Virus record (IMG/VR): IMGVR_UViG_2547132488_000009
Coordinates: 1 to 25,241 of that record
DNA: 25,241 nucleotides
DNA from: a virus
Taxonomy: Duplodnaviria; Heunggongvirae; Uroviricota; Caudoviricetes
Strand: one strand, 5' to 3'
Positions 18,331-25,241 of this stretch are shown here, piece by piece. The notes beneath the pieces are model-generated. The model was not told the DNA's origin, did not search any database, and saw only the letters and a program-made list of their open reading frames with translations. The position numbers and the translations under genes were made by a program. Each line of letters opens with the position of its first letter. Positions within the stretch are counted from its first letter, which is position 1.

Positions 18331-20391
18331 TTACGCCGTACATTTCACCAGACCGCGGTGATCAACTGGCGCGACACCTGCGTCAATACGCACTTTCGTT
18401 GTCACGCCATCCACACTGAAGCCCTCCATCTGATCAATATATGGCGTATCCACACCGTTGAGATAAGCCACTTCGATGGTATCCGTACCTTTCGCCGCAG
18501 CCAGATAAAAGGTGGTCTGGCTGTTATCATCAAGACGAGGCTCTGCAATAACGGTCGCAAAATCTTTCACCGGGTTAATAATACCGGCGTTAATGTCAGC
18601 CCCCTTGACACTTGAGGAGCGAATGACCTGGTTAGCAACAGACTCCATCGCTGTCGGTACCAGTACGAACGCAGGACGAATATTCAGATGACGCTCCCCC
18701 TCTTTCTGAACGCGCATCAACTGACGGGCTTTATCCAGTGATGCCACGTCCATTGCAGCGTTCTCCAGTACGTTTGCATGTTTCGCTTTATCGAACAGGC
18801 TCACATTATCCGTGGAGATTTTCGGGTTAGATGTCAGAATGGCATAAACCAGATCGGCAATCGTGGATTTTGCCGCACGCCCCAGTTTCATCGGAACATC
18901 GGTCAGCATATTCAGATCATCGTTGATAATGGCCTGACGGGTGATGCTGAACAGTTCACCATAGGTCGCCAGTGCAATCGTGGCCTGTTTATCTCCGGTG
19001 GTGACGTATTTATATTCCGCCCCCTCACGCACCTGACGCAGAGCACTGAAGCCCCCCATACCCACACGATGGGCAATTTTAAAATCAGACAACTGACCTT
19101 TCCGGGTCCACTGTTCGTAAGTCTCAGGGGCTTCTTCCCATCCCTGCAGAATGGCTTTGTTCGCGACATCCAGCAGAATATTACCGAAATCAGACGTACT
19201 GTGCGTGAACGCTGCCCCGACCATCTGCATCGGGTTATACCCGGAAACCCCAATCCCCCTTTCTGTCAGTGACATTCGGGCATATTCACGCAGGGTCATC
19301 CCGTTATAGACGTTATCCTGTTCACGCTCAGCAAATCCGGCACGCGCCATCAGCGCCTGACGGATCCCGTCCCCCACAAAATTACCGTTTCCAGCATAAA
19401 TATGGGCCGGGGTATTTTTATTTGATGGTGAAAATTCCTTACCCATTTCGTTAAGTAATTTCTCACGGGCCTGCTCAAGCGAGCACTCCGGATCGGAAAG
19501 ACAACTGGCCTGCAATGTCTGATAGCGCCCGCCAAACATACCAAACAGTTCATTAATACCACTCACACGTGCTTTTTGCTCTGCCAGTACCTGCGCACGG
19601 ATACTGCTTTCATCTGTGGAAGGTGCATTTGTGGTAGTCGCGGTTGTGGCAACCGGAGCCGTAGTCTGATCCTGTGTCTGAGATGCAGTATTTTTGTTTT
19701 CAGGTTCACGCGTTGCACTGTTGCGTGGCGGAATAATCATATTTCGAATGGATTCCGGCATTTTTTTAAATTCCTCTGTACGTTTTGACTGAATACATGC
19801 CATTGCCTTAACTTCCGGTGTCACCTGGTCAGCAAATCCGTGTGCCAGACATTCGGCACCGGACATCCAGGTTTCATCCGCCAGCATGGCAGCAATTTCA
19901 TCGGTGGTTTTCCCGGTTTTCTGCGCATAAGCAGGCAACAGGACCGACTCAACTTTATCAAGCAGGTCGGCATAATCACGCATATCATCCGCATCGCCAC
20001 CACTCACTCCCCATGGTTTATGGATCATCATGAATGCGTTTTCCGGCATGATGACGGGATCACCCACCATTGCAATGACCGATGCCATGGATGCCGCGAC
20101 ACCATCCACATAAACAGTGATGGACGCCCCATGATTTTTCAGCGCATTAAAAATGGCGATGCCTTCAAAGACATCGCCACCCGGTGAATTGATATGGAGA
20201 TTAATGTGGGTGATATTACCCAGCGCATTCAGATCGCTGACAAACTGCTTCGCCGTAACTCCCCAGAAACCAATCTCGTCATAGATATAAATATCTGCGT
20301 CACTTTTATGACCCGCCTTCATTCTGAACCAAGAATTATTCTTCAGGCTGGCCTTCGGTTCGCCGCGAAACCACGCGTTCTGTTTCAGCAT
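18331..20391 (-). CDS. Single-ORF prohead protease (ClpP/S49-like), linker/scaffold region and major capsid protein (HK97 fold)
   Basis: The start is taken at 20391 (MLKQNAWF, GGAGGTGG upstream). The N-terminus has ClpP-like protease motifs (INSPGGDVFEGIAIFNAL...DGVAASMASVIAMVGD...HKPWG), the centre is a Thr/Ala/Pro-rich linker, and the C-terminal roughly 350 aa is capsid-like (...KVRIDAGVAPVDHRGLVK). Confidence 0.8.
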   Translation of the reverse strand: MLKQNAWFRGEPKASLKNNSWFRMKAGHKSDADIYIYDEIGFWGVTAKQFVSDLNALGNITHINLHINSPGGDVFEGIAIFNALKNHGASITVYVDGVAASMASVIAMVGDPVIMPENAFMMIHKPWGVSGGDADDMRDYADLLDKVESVLLPAYAQKTGKTTDEIAAMLADETWMSGAECLAHGFADQVTPEVKAMACIQSKRTEEFKKMPESIRNMIIPPRNSATREPENKNTASQTQDQTTAPVATTATTTNAPSTDESSIRAQVLAEQKARVSGINELFGMFGGRYQTLQASCLSDPECSLEQAREKLLNEMGKEFSPSNKNTPAHIYAGNGNFVGDGIRQALMARAGFAEREQDNVYNGMTLREYARMSLTERGIGVSGYNPMQMVGAAFTHSTSDFGNILLDVANKAILQGWEEAPETYEQWTRKGQLSDFKIAHRVGMGGFSALRQVREGAEYKYVTTGDKQATIALATYGELFSITRQAIINDDLNMLTDVPMKLGRAAKSTIADLVYAILTSNPKISTDNVSLFDKAKHANVLENAAMDVASLDKARQLMRVQKEGERHLNIRPAFVLVPTAMESVANQVIRSSSVKGADINAGIINPVKDFATVIAEPRLDDNSQTTFYLAAAKGTDTIEVAYLNGVDTPYIDQMEGFSVDGVTTKVRIDAGVAPVDHRGLVKCTA

Positions 20392-21841
20392 TACCACCTC
20401 CTTTATCGCAGGCCGGATCGGTATCAAACACCAGATCCAGCCTGCGGTTTTCATCAATTTCGGCCTTGCGCCGACGTTTAACATCATCCGGATTACGACC
20501 ACTGGCGCGCACCCAGTCTGATTCTGTTGCCGCACCACCACGAATCTGGATTTTCCAGGCTTCAGCTTCCTTGACAGGATCAATCCACGGCATGACCGGA
20601 CCAGAATATGTTGCGTTATATAATGTTTTTATATCCACATCCGACGGAATTTTCAGCAACCCCGCGGCAACCACCATATTCAGCCATGCCCGGTACACCG
20701 GACGGGTTACAGCACCAATAAAACAGTCCTGCAGGATCAGATAGCCATCGGTGGACTCAACCAGCTCCTGTCGCTGGGAACTGTAGGTACCGTTATAGTT
20801 ACGTGCTGCACTGGAAAAACTCAGACGAGTGCCCGCCGCCATGGCCCGCAACTGACCATTACGAAAAGTTTCCAGATTAGGGTTAGGCCGATCAGATTTG
20901 ACCATGCCAATATCTTCCCCCTTACGCAGATCGTCATAAATAATGCCGGGAGTGATATGCAGTTCCCGATCATTATCTTTATTCGTCACAGGTTCCTCAT
21001 AATCCTGCCCGTCTCCTTTACGAATATACAGCCCCAGTGCCGCAGCAATGCGCGCCGCTACCAGCTCAGCATCTTCATATTCCTTAAGCGCACTGATCCG
21101 CATCAGCACACCTGACAACATGGATGTGCCACGCGTCTGATGAAGGCGGCGGGTAAACTTCAGATGCACCATATTTTCAGCGGCGATCTCTTTGGTTTCG
21201 CTCTGTCGCCCGGTAACCGGATAATTTTTATAAACCAGGTATTTTTTCGGCCTGCCCCATTCATCCAGAAAAACCCCCTGATTCATTCCCGCAGACTCAT
21301 CACTGAGCATGGGCACAAAATCCGGCTCCATTGCCTCGAGCCAGAAAGGCACACCGGCAGTCCGCGCCAGCCCGGCACCTGCGCCTCTGACCATCTGGGC
21401 AAACACTTCTCCATCACGTAACCAGGTACGCAACAGCAGACGTTCGAGCATGGGGCGCGTATGCTGCCCGGTCACATCCGGACTGACAGACCATTCCGCC
21501 CACAAACGACGGATAATCATTGCCAGCTCTGTAGCCATATCACCATTTTTCAGTAATGGTTGTGGTTCAACAATGATCCCCTTTGCACCAATCACCCGCT
21601 CCTCAAGTTTGTCGAAAACACCGATTACCAGGTCATGATTGATGTCCAGAAAACGGGCCTGTTCCCGCAGAGAAACCGCCCCGTACTTACTGAGCTGGTC
21701 GGCAGAACGGTTTTCCCGTCGGGCTTTGTGTGTGCGGGTGGGTTTCACGGCCTCATAAGCGCGAATTAACGCCCTTGAGCGCAACCTCGCAGCTTTCCAG
21801 CCGGGAGAAAAAACACCAATCACATCATCAAGAATTGCCAT
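20336..21841 (-). CDS. Portal protein
   Basis: 501 aa, between the gpW-like gene and the protease-capsid gene, with a TGATG stop/start overlap with the upstream gene. Size and synteny fit a portal. Confidence 0.72.
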   Translation of the reverse strand: MAILDDVIGVFSPGWKAARLRSRALIRAYEAVKPTRTHKARRENRSADQLSKYGAVSLREQARFLDINHDLVIGVFDKLEERVIGAKGIIVEPQPLLKNGDMATELAMIIRRLWAEWSVSPDVTGQHTRPMLERLLLRTWLRDGEVFAQMVRGAGAGLARTAGVPFWLEAMEPDFVPMLSDESAGMNQGVFLDEWGRPKKYLVYKNYPVTGRQSETKEIAAENMVHLKFTRRLHQTRGTSMLSGVLMRISALKEYEDAELVAARIAAALGLYIRKGDGQDYEEPVTNKDNDRELHITPGIIYDDLRKGEDIGMVKSDRPNPNLETFRNGQLRAMAAGTRLSFSSAARNYNGTYSSQRQELVESTDGYLILQDCFIGAVTRPVYRAWLNMVVAAGLLKIPSDVDIKTLYNATYSGPVMPWIDPVKEAEAWKIQIRGGAATESDWVRASGRNPDDVKRRRKAEIDENRRLDLVFDTDPACDKGGGNAETERVVSRRTEGQPEE

Positions 21842-22059
21842 CAGAACCTCGCCAGTTTATACCCCGGATTCCCCCGTCGCCGCGCGGTCAGAGCCACAAG
21901 GCGGCGCTCCCACTCCTGCCGCCCCTGCCGGATCTCAGATAAGTTTTCCATGGTCATCTGCTGACCATTAAAGGTGACGGATTTTCCGTCCAGCACAGCC
22001 ATTTCCGCATCAATATAACGCTGGATCATGGCTTCAATATCATTCTGATTCATAACCAT
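21841..22059 (-). CDS. W: gpW-like head-tail joining protein
   Basis: 72 aa with C-terminus ...RLVALTARRRGNPGYKLARF, resembling the lambda gpW tail (...RRRGPAGF..). It lies between large terminase and portal as in lambda. Confidence 0.7.
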   Translation of the reverse strand: MVMNQNDIEAMIQRYIDAEMAVLDGKSVTFNGQQMTMENLSEIRQGRQEWERRLVALTARRRGNPGYKLARF

Positions 22060-24152
22060 CCTCCGGATGTCACCCAGGGGTTATCCTCATCGGGTGCCAT
22101 TTTTTTTCGTTTCTTTTTTCTGGTCGGGGGACGTTCCGGTTCCGGCAGAACAGGTGGCTCCGCGTTGTCACTGACACACTCCAGCCAGGTTTCCCGGTAC
22201 GCCCACTCCGGCGCATCAGGCCACTGAATCTTCTCGTACCCATGCAGAATGACCAGCGCCTCGGCATACACCATCAGGTCAAAGGCTTCGTTCGCACCGC
22301 GCCCCGGCTTACTCCATTTCCCGTCACTGCTCCGCTCTTCATACGTCAGTTCGTCGTAAAACCAGCTCCCCAGCCAGTCGGGAAAATGCACATAGCCAGG
22401 ACCGGGAGAATCACGCCATAACGCGTTATTAACCCGGTCTTTCAGAGCGTCAGTCTGAAGAAGCCAGAGAGGCACATCACCCGCAGCCTGCGCCCGTCGG
22501 CCCGTTCGTCCGGTGTTATCAGGGAATGTACGGGTGATCAGTTTTGCGCGCCGGATGCTGTCGCCCTTAAACAGGTAAATACGTTTACCAAGGCCATCAC
22601 GACGGCAACGACGCCAGAATTTATAGGCATTATCAGTGACCCCGTCTTCACCGCCGGAGTCCACCGCCATTGCCATCAGTCGCATTTGTTGAGAAGGATC
22701 GGAGGCCAGCGGCCAACTTTTATGAAAAACATCCGTCAGCAGGACATCCCAGTCTTCCGGATAGCTGGCCGGATCAATTCGCTGGCTCTCCCCGTCACTG
22801 TCACCGCGCAATGACTGCGTGATGTTATAACGATCAATAATCCAGCGTTCACCACGGCTGCCATAGCCCGTTACCTGAACCACAAAACGGCGATGACGTC
22901 CCGCCTGCACATCCACCGTCGCCACAAGGAAATTAACGCCATCCGGCACACTGCGGGAAGGAACTGGCTCCGCCCGCTGCTCAAGCAGTTCACTTTTTCG
23001 TTGCTCCATGCTGGCGCGGGGAAGATAAGGTAACCCCCAGTCAGTATTTATAACCGTCTTGAGAGTTTCTTCACTTCCGGTTGTCTCGTATTCCTGTTCT
23101 GCAGTAAGCAGTTTGTAAACGAGTTGCGAGAGTGTCTGGTAAGCAGCTGCCGGACCCTCCATCCAGAATGACGCAATACGTGAGCGTCGGGGATCACCAT
23201 AACGACTACCATCCGCACTGATGGATTCACCATCCCGCAACCAGACCCCACATCCGTTCAGCTCACGTTTCTGGTCAGGCATAATTCGCCTGGAACAGGA
23301 AGGACACTGAATATAAGCCGCCTCACTTGCCAGCACGGGATCGGCAATATCACGGAAACCAGCAACCACGTCGCCGCAGGGCTGAAAATACTCACCACAG
23401 TGTGGACAGGGCCAGTACCAGCGACGGCGATCGCCACGGTTATAGAGCGACAGGATCCCCGTGGTTGGTGGAGCCTCATGCGGTGAAGTCCGTCGCCATT
23501 TCACATCCTTCACATCCCTGCCGGGGGAACTCTCCACCAGCGTCATACCACTGGACATAAATGTGGTGGTACGTTTTGATGCAAGAGAAAAGGCATCCCC
23601 CTCACCATCAATATCTTCCGGAAAACGATCATAATCCGTCAGCGCCACACATTTATAATCTGATGAGGACATGATATTGACTGACGGCCAGCCAATTTTC
23701 AGGTAGTTACCAGCAAGGAATGTTCTGTCATAAACGTTGTTGTCATTTTTATTCGGACTCAGGCGACTGACCACTTCCGGGCTGACGCGGAATGTTCTGG
23801 CGAGTCGTTTTTTGGAGTGTTCGCGGGCTTTTTCCTCCGTCATCTGAATGATCAGCATATCCGCAGGATCACAAATCACGTTGTAAACCACCCAACCGTC
23901 AATAAGTCCGATAGTCTTGCCAGTTCGTGCCGGGCCAACGAATATCACCGCGTCATATTCACGCGAAGCCAGACAGTTCATCGGCTCAATAACATATGGT
24001 GCCACCAAAGGATCCCACGGAACGGAGTTTCCGGCTCCCATGGGTACTCGCATATATTGAGCGACAGCATCAGCAACCCGCATTCGTCTCGGTGCACGAA
24101 GGATATAACCTGAATCGGTTCGTGCTGCCTTTGCGGTTTCCTGATTCAGCAT
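22050..24152 (-). CDS. Terminase large subunit (lambda gpA-like)
   Basis: 700 aa with a Walker A-like motif (VGPARTGKT), a CPHCGEYFQP Zn-ribbon-like motif and an acidic nuclease region. It starts with an ATGA overlap with the small subunit. Confidence 0.85.
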   Translation of the reverse strand: MLNQETAKAARTDSGYILRAPRRMRVADAVAQYMRVPMGAGNSVPWDPLVAPYVIEPMNCLASREYDAVIFVGPARTGKTIGLIDGWVVYNVICDPADMLIIQMTEEKAREHSKKRLARTFRVSPEVVSRLSPNKNDNNVYDRTFLAGNYLKIGWPSVNIMSSSDYKCVALTDYDRFPEDIDGEGDAFSLASKRTTTFMSSGMTLVESSPGRDVKDVKWRRTSPHEAPPTTGILSLYNRGDRRRWYWPCPHCGEYFQPCGDVVAGFRDIADPVLASEAAYIQCPSCSRRIMPDQKRELNGCGVWLRDGESISADGSRYGDPRRSRIASFWMEGPAAAYQTLSQLVYKLLTAEQEYETTGSEETLKTVINTDWGLPYLPRASMEQRKSELLEQRAEPVPSRSVPDGVNFLVATVDVQAGRHRRFVVQVTGYGSRGERWIIDRYNITQSLRGDSDGESQRIDPASYPEDWDVLLTDVFHKSWPLASDPSQQMRLMAMAVDSGGEDGVTDNAYKFWRRCRRDGLGKRIYLFKGDSIRRAKLITRTFPDNTGRTGRRAQAAGDVPLWLLQTDALKDRVNNALWRDSPGPGYVHFPDWLGSWFYDELTYEERSSDGKWSKPGRGANEAFDLMVYAEALVILHGYEKIQWPDAPEWAYRETWLECVSDNAEPPVLPEPERPPTRKKKRKKMAPDEDNPWVTSGGWL

Positions 24153-24643
24153 TACTCCTCCTGCTGTAATTCCTCCTCATCATCCGCGCCTGCTTCGGTC
24201 ACCCGCAGGGCTATCTGATCACGCAGATCATCAATAATGGACTGAACACGACTTACAGCCGTGGGCTGCAGACCACAGTCACGCTCCAGAACATCCGGTA
24301 ATGTTTCCAGCACCTGCACAACTGCTTTTGCCCAGATGGCAAATTCCCGCCTGACATCGCTTGCCGGAATAAGTTGCGCGGTTTCCTGTTCAAACTTAAG
24401 ACGCTCACGCTCAGACTGATACCAGGCTTTGCGCTCATGTGCATCCATTTCGCCTTCTGCAACTGGCGGTGGTAATGCCAGAAATGCCGACACAATATCT
24501 GCCACCCGGTAGAGCTTTAACTTGTCATGTCCTCCGGCGGGCTGGATGTTTTGCAGTCTTGCCGCCGCAGTCTGACGACATATACCTGCTATTGCCGCCA
24601 GTTGGTTAATGTTCAGCATCAGATTTTTCAACTCACGATCCAT
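24152..24643 (-). CDS. Terminase small subunit (helix-turn-helix DNA-binding)
   Basis: 163 aa from the ATG at 24643 (AGGAGGGG upstream). It has an N-terminal HTH-like segment (NINQLAAIAGICRQTAAARL) and an acidic C-terminus, and is translationally coupled to the large subunit. Confidence 0.7.
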   Translation of the reverse strand: MDRELKNLMLNINQLAAIAGICRQTAAARLQNIQPAGGHDKLKLYRVADIVSAFLALPPPVAEGEMDAHERKAWYQSERERLKFEQETAQLIPASDVRREFAIWAKAVVQVLETLPDVLERDCGLQPTAVSRVQSIIDDLRDQIALRVTEAGADDEEELQQEE

Positions 24644-24822
24644 ATCCCCTCCTGACGTTTTAAACATGCATCTTGTGAACACCTTTTCAAAAAGCGTTAT
24701 AAAGTGCGTTATATGTTGACCAAAAAACACGCAAAATTAACATACTAAAAATAAAATTCGTTTAAATTCAATGCATTGGAAAGATGATGATGATGAATGA
24801 AAATGCAAAAACTAGCCTTTTT

Positions 24823-24840
24823 CCGCGACGCTCCCGCCCC
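24823..24840 (-). other. Candidate cosN (cohesive-end site)
   Basis: In the terminase sense it reads GGGGCGGGAGCGTCGCGG, resembling lambda cosN (GGGCGGCGACCTCGCGG as recalled). It lies about 185 bp upstream of the small terminase ATG, with an AT-rich tract in between, similar to lambda. Confidence 0.35.
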
Positions 24841-25101
24841 GTGGCAGGCCACCCCACCGGAAGGACCCGCACAAATGAGAGCATTTATCATTAACATTTA
24901 CAGATAAGATGACGTACATCATTGAAACGCTATTCAACCATATACCGGCAGCATTCGTAGTTGCACTCCGTAACCCTGCGACTAAGGTTGAAAGCATGGC
25001 CATCTTTTTGCCACCGGCAAATCTTCAATGGATTTCCCCTGCCGGTTTTTTATTTCTCACATTACAGCAGCCCCTTAGAGTGAAGGGCTGCTGTAATGCC
25101 T

Positions 25102-25241
25102 GTTACTCAGTAACTACCGCGCCTTTCGGTAATTCCATACCGGCAAATACCGGACAACCAGGATGACGATCATCTTCTGTTGCTTCCAGCATTGACTCAC
25201 CAAACCACTCCGTCGTGGCGCGACCATCAGCTGCTTTGTAG
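25102..25241 (-). CDS. 3' end of an unidentified gene (5' part lies outside the window)
   Basis: Open frame of 46 codons from the window edge ending ...TEWFGESMLEATEDDRHPGCPVFAGMELPKGAVVTE, with the stop at 25102..25104 and a 9-bp-stem hairpin 12 nt downstream. Absent from the ORF track because it is partial. Function not recognised. Confidence 0.3.

Noticed and set aside
24812-25166. Small ORFs (63 aa minus, 85 aa plus) in the region upstream of terminase
   Set aside because: They are short, overlap the candidate cos region, and lack a ribosome-binding site or recognisable motif. The region is better explained as a packaging/regulatory intergenic region.
1-25241. CRISPR array, insertion-sequence transposase, rRNA or tRNA genes
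   Set aside because: No regularly spaced direct repeats, no transposase-like ORFs with terminal inverted repeats, and no RNA-gene signatures were seen. The only mobile-DNA signature is the serine-invertase inversion system.

Overview
This window is almost entirely the late (structural) arm of a lambda-like prophage of an enterobacterial (E. coli-type) genome, encoded on the minus strand and read right to left. The order is: candidate cos region, small and large terminase, gpW-like protein, portal, a single ORF combining ClpP-like protease with major capsid, two small head/connector proteins, then a tail module recognisably matching lambda Z-U-V-G/T-H-M-L-K-I-J, then lom and the side tail fibre stf with its assembly chaperone tfa. 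The C-terminal part of stf and its tfa lie in an invertible segment of about 3.05 kb bounded by two inverted 26-bp gix/pix-type crossover sites (833..858 and 3886..3911). A second, currently silent, fibre C-terminus cassette and its own tfa sit in the opposite orientation. The adjacent Pin/Gin-family invertase gene is cut off after about 64 codons, so the switch appears to lack its own recombinase. Left of this junction is the 3' end of an AT-rich GGDEF (GGEEF) diguanylate cyclase gene. I found no CRISPR array, tRNA, rRNA or insertion-sequence transposase. I did not find an obviously new multi-gene system; the most unusual items are the orphaned inversion switch, the fused protease-capsid ORF and a non-canonical G/T frameshift site. 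All protein assignments come from reading the translations and from recalled family features, not from database searches.
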